Assembly: GCF_000315625.1 (NCBI RefSeq)
Contig: NW_005434527.1
Span: forward strand, 113,729-154,823
Direction: 5' to 3'
Origin: Guillardia theta CCMP2712
Taxonomy: Eukaryota; Protista; Cryptophyta
Length of the DNA stretch: 41,095 nt
The translations under genes and the position numbers were made by a program. Below, one piece after another: positions 24,464-34,539 of the stretch. The notes under the pieces are model-generated. The model had not been told where the DNA came from, ran no database searches, and saw only the letters and a list, made by a program, of their open reading frames with translations. Numbering within the stretch: the stretch's first letter is position 1; the number at the start of each line of letters is the position of its first letter.

Positions 24464-24840
24464 GCTGCTGCCGCCCCCACCTTCACCTGCTGCTGCTGCT
24501 GCTGCTGCTGCTGCCCCCACCTTCACCTGCTGCTGCTGCTGCTGCCGCCGCCGCCCCACCTTCACCTGCTGCTGCTGCTCGCCGCCCCACCTTCACCTGC
24601 TGCTGCTGCTGCTGCTGCCGCCGCCCCCACCTTCACCTGCTGCTGCTGCTGCTGCCGCCGCCGCCCCCACCTTCACCTGCTGCTGCTGCCGCCGCCGCCC
24701 CCACCTTCACCTGCTGCTGCCGCCGCCGCCCCCACCTTCACCTGCTGCTGCTGCTGCCGCCGCCGCCCCCACCTTCACCTGCTGCTGCTGCTGCCGCCCC
24801 CACCTTCACCTGCTGCTGCTGCTGCTGCTGCTGCTGCTTC
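24464..24840. repeat. Higher-order minisatellite: 10 x CCCCACCTTCACCTG separated by variable (CTG)n(CCG)n
   Basis: Ten constant cores counted; starts just after the stop of the upstream gene. Confidence 0.95.
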
Positions 24841-25250
24841 ATCGCCACGAGGAGCAGATAGAACGATGTCGAGAAGTGTTGAAAGATGACGGGCATGGTT
24901 TTGGCGTTGCTGATGTCACGATTCATTGGAGCAGTCGCAAGAAGATTTCATGCGGAGGGAGCAGAGGAAGTTTCTCAAGCAGGTGGTACCAACTGGTTCA
25001 TTGCTGTGTTGATGTGGAGCAGGCAAGACAGAAGAAGAGTGGCTCGACGATGTTCAACATGGTGGTTAAAAGCCATGAGCAGATAACTCAAGGTTAACAA
25101 GTGTGCTCGATGAGATTTGGACTGAGCAAACGGCAACACGATGAGAGTGGGAGGAGACAAGGACAACTGAAGAGAGCATCTCCACGAGTCAATGTACTTC
25201 ATTACACTCTAACCAATAACAGGCGGTTAGTAACCGTCAAGACCAGCTCC

Positions 25251-27328
25251 TCACTGCGGGGTGGTGAGCCCAGCCTTAACCTTCCTCTCCATATCCTTGG
25301 TCAATTTCTTCTTATACTCGAGGATGTCTCCCTTCCACACCTCAACCTTCTTGTTCTCGCACAACCAAACCTCCTTAGCCACCTTGCCGATCAACCTGAA
25401 ATCGTGCGACACCAGCACCATGCCTCCCGCGAACTCGTTGATCGCGTCCGCCAGCGAGTCGATCGACTCCATGTCAAGATGGTTGGTTGGCTCATCAAGG
25501 AAGAGGATGTGCGGATTGCACTCGGCGATATAGGCGAAGACGAGGCGAGACTTCTGTCCGTCCGACATGTACTTGATCTTCGCTGTCTGCATCTCACCGG
25601 AGACTCCGAACCTCCCGACGCGACTTCTCCATGCCTCGAGCTCCAGGTTCTTCTCAGGGAACTGAGAGTTCATGTACTCCAGAGGCGTCATGTCCTCGTC
25701 CAGCTGATCCACCGAGTGCTGATGGAACTTGGCGATCTTAAGATGCGAATGTTTCTTCACGTCTCCCCTGGTGGGGCTCAGCTCCCCGTACATCAGCTTC
25801 AGCAGCGTACTCTTTCCTGCTCCGTTGGGACCGATGAGAGCGATGCGAGAGTCGAGATCCACAGAGAGCTCCAGGTGCTTGTAGAGCATGTCCTCTTCTT
25901 TGCCACTGTACGCAAAGGAGACATCGTTGATCGCGAGGACGGGAGGAGGGATCGATCCGCAGTCAGGGAAATGAAACTTGATGCTGCGATCATTCTCAGG
26001 TTTCTCGGTGAGTCCAGCCTCCATCATCTTGTCAATAATCTTCTGCTTCGACTGAGCCTGCTTCACCAAATTGGCATATGTACCACAGGATGCGATGAAT
26101 TCTTTCAAGTGCTTGATGTCCGCCTGCTCCTTCTCATAGCGCTTCATCTGATTGACATCATTCTCCCTCTTTGTCTTGACAAAAGAATCGTAGTTTCCTC
26201 CGTAGTAGACGAACTTTCTCTTAGACGTCAAGTGAATGATGTGGGAGCAAACTCCATTCAAGAAATCTTCCGAGTGAGAGACAAGAACAAGAATTCCAGG
26301 ATACTTTGCCAAGTAGCTCTCCAACCAGCAGCAGGACTCCATATCCAAATGGTTCGTGGGCTCGTCCAGGAGAAGAAGCACAGGCTGCAATAGCAGAGCA
26401 CGGCCAAGTGACACTCGCATACGCCATCCTCCGGACAGATCTCGAGTTTTCTTCTGGAGGAAAGCGTGCGAGAAACCCAAACCAATGAGAATCTCGGTCG
26501 CGCGGACTTCAAAGGTAGACGGATCCATACGATCGATGCGCTCGTAGATGTCCTGTGCACAAGGGTAAGGGTAAGGGAAAGGGAAAGGGAAAGGGAAAGG
26601 GCGGGGGCGGGGGCAAGAGGCGGGGGCAAGAGGCGAGGGGAAGAGGGAGCGCGAGGAGTTACCTGGAGGATCTCTGCTTCAGGCCCGTGGCTCTCAAGAA
26701 CCATCTCAGCGAGTTTCTCCAACTTCTCCACCTTCTCTCTGACAACGTCCACCACAGCCTCCACAGCAGTTCTCTCGCTGGGCTCAGCTTCTTCCTCGAG
26801 GTGGTAAATATCAATGTGGTCGGGGATCGGAAGCTCTCTAGAGGCCAGGGCAGTCAGGAAAGTAGACTTCCCGGACCCGTTTGAACCGATGAGACCATAG
26901 CGGTTTCCGTACGAGAGCTCCAGAGTGGTGTCCTCGATCAAGCGCTTGCCGTACAGCTGTAGAGAGAAGGAGATGATCTTCAAATCCCTTGAGAGAGGGT
27001 TCGATCCAAGCTCTCCTGTTCAACCACTTTGTGTCAGCCTTGAGCTGCGACAAGCCGTCGCCTCCTACACACACACGAGCAAACACACAGCACCCCAAGC
27101 TAATACATAGCCTCGACAGCACGTACCAGTAACATTTCTGGCAGCAGCAGCTTCTTTGTTTGCGACGGACTTGGAGACAGTCGAAGTGCTCAAGTTCTTC
27201 AAGGCAGCGGCAGCATCTTCAGCTCCAGCATCCCCTTCGTTCTCTTTGTCCTCCTTGCCAGCCTTCTTCTTCTCCTGCTTCTCCTGGCGCTTCTGCTTTG
27301 CGCTCTTCTTCGGTTCTTCTTTGCCCAT
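25251..27328 (-). CDS. ABCF2: ABC-F translation factor, ABCF2/Arb1-like
   Basis: Three exons (introns 27016..27126 and 26553..26662). Two ABC domains: GSNGSGKST/LSGGWRMR/LLLDEPTNHLD and GPNGAGKST/MSDGQKSR/FLDEPTNHLD. No TM segments; K-rich N-terminus; RNVTG-ELGSNPLSRDLKI matches the ABCF2-type lead-in. Confidence 0.93.
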
Positions 27329-27619
27329 GGTTTCGATCTGCTTCCTCAGGAGGTTCGAGCAAGAGACTAGTGTGCGCTGGTACTGAACCCTCTCCTCCTG
27401 CCGCCGCCTGGCCTGTGCGCGGGAATTGCGATACCTACCTCCAAGGGAAGCGGGTGGACGACACGAATTGAGTGAAAGGGTGGGGTCTTAAACCTAATGA
27501 GATTGTACCTGAGATAAATAGCTATGGTACTGAATAAAATATTCTACTAAAACTAATTGTATGATGTTTACAATTTATCAGTACAAATTTGAGATGACAG
27601 TACAAAATATATCGGGGAC

Positions 27620-28030
27620 AAAATACCATCGGGGGTGATGACCCCTACCCACATGCTGCAGACCGCACGTGTGATCGTTCCCTCAACCTCTGCAAGTCCG
27701 CCTCACTGGAGACCACCCCATCCCCCATTCTCTCTGATGCTACTCATGTACCCCATGTAATTCCCTCCGATTGACCCGTACTTACATACCCTCACCCCCA
27801 GCCAATCGATACCCCTGCAAACTTGTACCCCCACCTCCTTTTGATCCTGAATCTAATTTGAGATGAGGGATAGTAGGGTACTTCCAGGTACCCACTTATA
27901 GGAATAGTACCCCTTCAAAGTCCCTATCTTAGAGGGGTACTCCTGATCTTCGAAGGGACAACTCCAATCTCTTCAGTCGCCCCTGCAGGCATAGAGGCCA
28001 TTAAGAGGACCCCTACCCCCCAATTAACTA
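27620..28030. promoter_or_regulatory. TACCC-rich cluster upstream of ABCF2, preceded by an AT-rich tract (27490-27610)
   Basis: About 10 TACCC/GGGTA words. Confidence 0.45.
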
Positions 28031-28039
28031 GCCATGGAC

Positions 28040-28350
28040 CAGGGTTACACCGACGGCATGTGATCATATAAAGGCGCACCCCGGCGCCGGACCGGGGCCC
28101 GGGGCCGGGGCCCGGAAAAGTGGAGCGCGCCGGGCCGGGCTGTGACTGAGAGTGAGTGTGACAGTCACGGTGCAGCGAATGCCGGCGTCCGATCAAGCGC
28201 ACTCGGAGGTAGAGAGCCCCGAATCAGGCTGCCGTAGGAGAGATGCCAGTCGGACGGTTTGAAAGTTTGTTTTGCCTGCAAGGATTGATAGTTCCCTTTG
28301 ACTCAACCAAACTCCCGGGCCTTGAAGGCGTCGGCCGGGCCCGGATACGC
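28040..28350. repeat. GC-rich word-repeat island 3
   Basis: CCGGGGCCCGGGGCCGGGGCCCGG, GTGACTGAG, AGTCACGG and TCCGATC words as in the other islands. Confidence 0.45.
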
Positions 28351-28483
28351 GGCACACTTTCCCAACCCTCTTGGCAAGTTTGCGAATACGGTAGTACAAG
28401 GAGGGGCAGGTGCGGCGGTACGGTAAACCTTCAAACAGTGTGCTGGAGATGGAACCGTTGAACAGGCGCGTGCAAGCGGGGAC

Positions 28484-28549
28484 GAGAAGCTGATATCAGC
28501 GGGGGAGGTGGAGGTAGAGAAGCTGATATCAGCGAGGGAGGTGGAGGTA
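28484..28549. repeat. 2 x 33-bp direct repeat, each copy containing the palindrome GCTGATATCAGC
   Basis: GAGAAGCTGATATCAGCG(G/A)GGGAGGTGGAGGTA occurs twice. Confidence 0.9.
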
Positions 28550-30097
28550 GCGAAGGCGAAGCTGGAAAAGACACCGTGATGCGAGCAAGAGGGCTCTGGC
28601 TCGCATGTATTGGGTTTATCTGAACTTCCCGCACATATTGCATGGAAATAACGTCGGCATTTCTTATTATCATACATGGCAAGTAGAGAGATGTTCTTGT
28701 TTGAATTTGCATTGCGATGTTTCCTGAAACAAGCATGATGGGGCTTGAGGTCCATCTGCATTGCCACCAAAGTTTTTGACTCTGGACCATGTTCGAGTGA
28801 AAATCTATCATTGTCTTAGAGAACATTCTCTGAGGCAGACTTGAAACTTCTAATAAACAACTAGTATGATGGGGGCAGTGTCAGTGTGACACCATCATTG
28901 CTACACAGCCGTGCGGTGTATGGTGCCGTCATAGACAATATGTAGAGACAAGACTTTCCAACTTGACTCTCAACCGGGGCTTCAAGGGTCATGGTACCCG
29001 CCCCGTTGGAATCCAATGTGACAAATAAACAATTTATGTTTTCCAAGTTCTGGATCATGTAATGCTGGCCAATCTTTTTGAAACTGCTGCTTTTTGCACA
29101 AAGTTAAGTTTTTTACATGTGAAACAATGAATCTTAGTTGTCATCTTTCTCCAAGATCTCAGGGCGAGCTCTGATTGCAAGTTCTGCCAATGATTTCAAA
29201 TAAAGAAAGCCTTAAACTTTCTTGATCACTGTGAGCATCATTTCAGTTGTGTGCTCCCCGTCATCTCCGACTACAACTCTTTCCCAGGTCAGTACAATAC
29301 ACTCTTGGACTCACGGCCAAGCGTACGGTTCAAGTAGAGTTCTACTTCAGCTATACTTTGTGCCGAGGTTTAGAGTTCCTTCTTCTCCATCTCTTGTTCA
29401 TGTCGCATCATACAGCCCCCCCCCCCCCCCCTCGTGCATTCCGAGTCTCTTCATACCTGGGGAGTCAAATCTTTAAAAATAGCACAAAAGGCCTTAAACC
29501 ACACCTTTTCAGAAATGACTCTTCCTTCCAATCGGCATAATGGGACTACCCTACCACATGTTTTATGACATACCCTACCCCCAATCACCATTTCAAAGGC
29601 AAATACACACAATCATTACCCCTGTCACAGGCGTGTACTACCCTACCTCCTGTATATGCACGCGGCTTTTCATTCCAATCGCCGCCGGCTAAAAGCGATC
29701 TAAAAATACCCTCCAAGGTGGACCCACCCGTACATATCATAGGTTTTCCATGGGTCCGTCAAGGGGTTTACAAGTACTGATTATATGACTTTCTTGAATC
29801 CCTCCGACTGGTCGCTCGAATCCGTTTGCCCGTGCTCGCCTTCAACTTGTACACTTCTGCCCTCCCCTCTTGTCGCTCCTCCTCCTCCTCCTCCTCCTCC
29901 TCTTCCTCCTCCTCCTCATCCTCCAACATCTTTGACGGGACCCAGACGACCAAGAAACAATTCAAAATTCTGTCGTCACTCCATTCCCACCCCCCTCGCG
30001 TCCTGATCCCCCCTTCTCCGATCTTTCTCCCACCTCCTGTGCTCACTTAGACTTCCCCGATTCAGATAAACAGCAGAATTCCTCCCTTCCTACCTCG

Positions 30098-31012
30098 ATG
30101 TCTCAGAGCAATATCACCCTCGACCAGCTCAGCCACTACTTCCACCTCCCAGAGAAGCAGGTTGCACAGGAGCTCGGTATCTGCCTCACCTCCCTCAAGA
30201 AAATCTGCCGCGCTCGAGGCGTCATGCGCTGGCCCTTCAGGAAGCTCCGCCGCCTCCAGCGNNNNNNNNNNNNNNNNNNNNNNNNNNNNNNNNNNNNNNN
30301 NNNNNNNNNNNNNNNNNNNNNNNNNNNNNNNNNNNNNNNNNNNNNNNNNNNNNNNNNNNNNNNNNNNNNNNNNNNNNNNNNNNNNNNNNNNNNNNNNNNN
30401 NNNNNGACGCAGGCGTCGTGCGAGCCTGCGGAGGCAGAGCAGCAGGTCGAAGGCTCCTTGTCGGACCTCTGGCCCACGTGCACCATCAGCGGGGCGCACA
30501 TGCATCAGCTTATCGTACACAACTGGAGCTCCTTGTGGACTGTCCACCAGATGCGGCGGCGGCTGCTGACGGCGCTGGGAGGCAAGGATCTGACCATCTC
30601 CCCGGACGGCATCAGGGCGTACCTGGTCTACACCAGCTCACTTGCGGCCATGCAGGCGAAGGCAGTGTGCGAGCAGGCGTGCGAGCTACTGCGGGAGCGG
30701 GCGGGGAGCGCCGGGGAGGCGAGAGGGGCGTCGCTGGAGGAGGCCGCGAAGGCGGCAGAGGCGGCTTCGGAGCCACAGCAGCCGATGACGTTGATGTCGA
30801 TGGTGGAGCCGGGGGCAGGGCTGGAGCTTGAGGGCTTTCTGGCGCAAACTCCGAGTAAGCCTTTGAGTGGGGAAGAGTTCGATGGCATGGGACATCATGA
30901 CGAAGAGCCTTCAGAATTCAGTCATTTTGTGTCCCCGCCGGAAACGAGCTTGACCTCGAATCTGTTTGACCCGGTCTCCCATCCTTGTGGTTTCAGTTTT
31001 CAATTCTTGTAA
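30098..31012 (+). CDS. RWP-RK transcription factor, copy A (apparently intronless, contains assembly gap)
   Basis: ITLDQLSHYFHLPEKQVAQELGICLTSLKKICRARGVMRWPFRKL is the RWP-RK signature. Confidence 0.9.
   Translation: MSQSNITLDQLSHYFHLPEKQVAQELGICLTSLKKICRARGVMRWPFRKLRRLQXXXXXXXXXXXXXXXXXXXXXXXXXXXXXXXXXXXXXXXXXXXXXXXXXTQASCEPAEAEQQVEGSLSDLWPTCTISGAHMHQLIVHNWSSLWTVHQMRRRLLTALGGKDLTISPDGIRAYLVYTSSLAAMQAKAVCEQACELLRERAGSAGEARGASLEEAAKAAEAASEPQQPMTLMSMVEPGAGLELEGFLAQTPSKPLSGEEFDGMGHHDEEPSEFSHFVSPPETSLTSNLFDPVSHPCGFSFQFL
30262..30405. other. Assembly gap (144 N)
   Basis: Run of n. Confidence 1.
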
Positions 31013-31412
31013 ATGTAGTGTGTTTTTATACAATTATTAGCCTTGTTTGACTTGAAATTAAAACGAAATGTGATATTCAACGCTTCTTTTCATCCCGCTC
31101 GATTTACTTGCAGTCATTTCACTAGTTGCATATTACTGCTTTGATTCTTGAAGCGCTGGAATAGGCGGCATATGGCATACACGTTCTCTTTCCATCTTGA
31201 AGTTCTGATTTTCAGAATTGCTATTAATAAAGGACAATCCGACAAACTTCATGGCAACCCCGAAAAGCGTCTCGCTTACCAAGCTGTGACCTCTCGATTT
31301 GACAATATCATGTGAAAACACTCGTGTGAGATATCTCGAACACTTTCTTTGCATGTCTTTATTTATTGAATCACACTCAAAACAACCTATATACAAAACT
31401 CGTTCAATCTTC

Positions 31413-32348
31413 TTAGACGCTGACGAGATGGGAATTGCAAAGTCCTCCACTGGCTGGACCAGAAAGAAAATGCATTTCCTCAAGAAAGCAGGAAGACAGG
31501 GGCTGGCTTGAAGGAGGGGTACACAGGAACTGGCACTCTTCCTTCTTTCCTTCGGCTTCCTTGTCCTCAACGGACCACCAGCAGGCATGGCTTGATGTCT
31601 GCGCCAGAAAGCCCTCAAGCTCCAGCCCTGCCCCCGGCTCCACCATCGACATCAACGTCATCGGCTGCTGTGGCTCCGAAGCCGCCTCTGCCGCCTTCGC
31701 GGCCTCCTCCAGCGACGCCCCTCTCGCCTCCCCGGCGCTCCCCGCCCGCTCCCGCAGTAGCTCGCACGCCTGCTCGCACACTGCCTTCGCCTGCATGGCC
31801 GCAAGTGAGCTGGTGTAGACCAGGTACGCCCTGATGCCGTCCGGGGAGATGGTCAGATCCTTGCCTCCCAGCGCCGTCAGCAGCCGCCGCCGCATCTGGT
31901 GGACAGTCCACAAGGAGCTCCAGTTGTGTACGATAAGCTGATGCATGTGCGCCCCGCTGATGGTGCACGTGGGCCAGAGGTCCGACAAGGAGCCTTCGAC
32001 CTGCTGCTCTGCCTCCGCAGGCTCGCACGACGCCTGCGTCGAGCCGTGCACGGACGGGACCGGAGACCCGGACTGGCACGACGGGGACCTGTCGATGGCC
32101 TCGGCCATAGGGACTGGGGAGAGATCGCGGCCCGAGGTCATGATCGAGAGCGAGTCGGTGTCATTGCCGACCTTCTTGAGGGTGCGCTGGAGGCGGCGGA
32201 GCTTCCTGAAGGGCCAGCGCATGACGCCTCGAGCGCGGCAGATTTTCTTGAGGGAGGTGAGGCAGATACCGAGCTCCTGTGCAACCTGCTTCTCTGGGAG
32301 GTGGAAGTAGTGGCTGAGCTGGTCGAGGGTGATATTGCTCTGAGACAT
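31413..32348 (-). CDS. RWP-RK transcription factor, copy B (intronless ORF, 311 aa)
   Basis: Same N-terminal 250 aa as copy A wherever A is readable; different 61-aa tail. Confidence 0.92.
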   Translation of the reverse strand: MSQSNITLDQLSHYFHLPEKQVAQELGICLTSLKKICRARGVMRWPFRKLRRLQRTLKKVGNDTDSLSIMTSGRDLSPVPMAEAIDRSPSCQSGSPVPSVHGSTQASCEPAEAEQQVEGSLSDLWPTCTISGAHMHQLIVHNWSSLWTVHQMRRRLLTALGGKDLTISPDGIRAYLVYTSSLAAMQAKAVCEQACELLRERAGSAGEARGASLEEAAKAAEAASEPQQPMTLMSMVEPGAGLELEGFLAQTSSHACWWSVEDKEAEGKKEECQFLCTPPSSQPLSSCFLEEMHFLSGPASGGLCNSHLVSV

Positions 32349-32823
32349 CGAGGTAGGAAGGGAGGAGTGGCGAGGGGGGAGAGGCGGCGCGTGGAGGAAG
32401 GGGAGGGGGGGGAGGGGAATTGAGCCTTGGTCGGTGGGGAGACGTTATGAGCACAGGGAGTTTTATCAACAGGATGGGGGCAATACCACCGGTACTTTTG
32501 ACTGACAATACAGTGATCAGACATGGTAGGGTCATAAAGGAGGTTATTTTTAGGGTGTTTTTTGTCTTTGACGATTCGATTGAAACGACGTCCGAGTGTA
32601 GGGGGTAGGGTGGTGAAGTTTTGGTTCGTGACGTTCTTTTGTACCATGACCTGCATATATTCGGGGTCATGGGGTAGTATTGTCAATGTTTTCTATCAGG
32701 GTGGGTGGTTTACTGACACCGATTGGAACGAAGAGTCAATGGACGTGAGATTTCGAAAAGAGATGTTTTCAGAATTATGATCGTTAAAGATCATAACCTA
32801 GTTGATGGCTTGGCGTTGCTAAG

Positions 32824-33830
32824 TTAGCGAACTAAGCCCCATGGCTGACTCCAACATGAGAGCGAGAGGAAGCTTTGGGAAGTGTTGGGACCTGAATGTT
32901 GGGTCCGGGAGTGGAAGAAGAAGAGGCGAGGGAAACGATAGTGTGGAAGATCTTTGCGTTTTAACTGTGCTTGCATGCGCATTGCAGACCGTGCCATGAC
33001 ACTTGGACTCAGGTGTACAGTTTTTCTCGCTAGTGAAAGTTTCTGTGTGATCTTCGATTGTCTTGCATCTGTGATGTCGACTCTCTTTTGTTTGTGAAGA
33101 CCTTGCTTAGCATGACTGAGGTTGACAAAAGAGGGTACGCATTTTCCTATCTGTGCCTTTTTTATAAGGCAACCTTGTAGAGTCGGGGAGATCACTAGGA
33201 AAATCACTGCTACCTTTATGACAGGTCACTAGGACAATTAAAGCTGCTGTTAATAGAACACAATAAGCAGGGCAATCTCCTACTCCTTGCTGGAGCATGG
33301 AGCTCGTGCATGGTCATGTGTGTCTCTGGGTGCGGTGAGCTCCGCTTGGTCTGGTATACCACGCTCACAGAGTCAGAGTGTCGCCTATGTACTTCAGGCC
33401 TCATACCTCTCTACCTCGCATCGAAATAATTGATTCGCCGAAGCAGCCTCTCTCTCTCAAGGTTTTCAATCCATTGATTAGACTGTACAATATCAAAAGG
33501 TTGGTTGTAACACTACAAGCAGCAGATGACGCTTGTTTACCTGTTGACCGAACACGAATCGCTGTTAAGCATTTCTCAACCCACTTGGGGGCTGGAGGCC
33601 AGAAGCCTCGAAGACAAGCTCGCAATCCTCTCGAGTAGAACCTTCCTGGTCCCTATCTGGGTTTGTGCTGGGAACCTCTAAGTCTCTGTCAGCTTAAAGG
33701 ACAGTAGTGATATCTCCTATCGCTTCAGAGGGCGGAAAGAGGAGAGATCGACTAAGATCGACGTCGGATCTATCCTCAAGAGGAGAGCGTCTTTGCAAAG
33801 GCTGATGATGGTCACGATGGGGAAGATCAT
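32824..33830 (-). CDS. Possible small multi-exon hypothetical gene
   Basis: Intron-like GTAAAC...GTACAG followed by the open exon SNQWIENLERERLLRRINYFDAR and further short GT-AG segments; no complete model could be built. Confidence 0.25.
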
Positions 33831-34400
33831 CGGATGCGGCGGCCGGTGGGCCCCCGCCGGGCCCAAGTTAACTCATTACGTAATGTGCGCCGTCCGGTAG
33901 TGGCGGGGGCGGCAGCATATGCGAGCACGGGCGGCGGCGATCGGGATGTAAACTTGAAACTTGGGATGCGGGGGCTCAGCCGCTCACTCACTGAGTCCGC
34001 TGCTCTTTTGTTCCTCAGGCTACTGCCCCCTCCCGGAGTCCACCTCGGAACTTGTTTGTTCCCGGAGTCCTGATTCTTGTCTCCTCCTGCTCCGGGTCCT
34101 CCTCGAGACGGTCCCATTCCGAGCCTGGAGTGAGTCATGGCGGTTGACAACACACAGGCTGAAACGACTTGCCGCTGTCTTTTCTCTTCCGACGGCGAAG
34201 TTCAGTGTCCTCGCCCGGTCGCTGACTCTCGGCGAGTTTTTAACTCTGATACCGGAGTCCCGAGTCCGGGAACGGCCCGTCAGCCGCGCGGCCGTCACGG
34301 CGCCGGGCCGGGCCGCCGGGCCGGGCGACCGTACTCGATCGAACCGTCGCCGGGCGGCGGGCGCCGACAACCCGGGCTGGCCGGCGGGCCTGGGGCCGAC
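33825..34400. repeat. GC-rich word-repeat island 4
   Basis: GATCATCGGATGCGGC, CCGGGCCGGG, GTCACGG and GAGTC words; CGCTGTCTTTTCTCTT at 34173-34188 is the reverse complement of the shared core. Confidence 0.55.
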
Positions 34401-34539
34401 AATTTCTGCTGAATCTCAAAATATTTCAAAATCTTTACTAAACTTTCAAAATTATATTGAAATAAAATCAGCCACCCTGCTATTCAGTTCTGATTGAAGT
34501 CGCTGCGCGGGAGGGAACGGCCAGAGCCGCTTGGCGACC

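Larger units (their letters stand above)
30080..32366. repeat. Inverted repeat: 767-bp arms 30080..30846 and 31600..32366 around a 753-bp unique spacer
   Basis: The arms are reverse complements wherever sequence is available, and ORF-track translations match in several frames. The 144-N gap in arm A equals the length of the corresponding arm B sequence. Confidence 0.92.

Noticed and set aside
24464-24840. CRISPR-like look (constant repeat plus variable spacers)
   Set aside because: Spacers are only CTG/CCG runs, the repeat is short and non-palindromic, there are no cas genes, and the context is eukaryotic.
25101-26393. 430-aa plus-strand ORF
   Set aside because: Antisense shadow of ABCF2 with no recognisable motifs.
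30080-32366. Inverted arms as transposon terminal inverted repeats
   Set aside because: The arms are host transcription-factor coding sequence; no transposase and no target-site duplication were seen.
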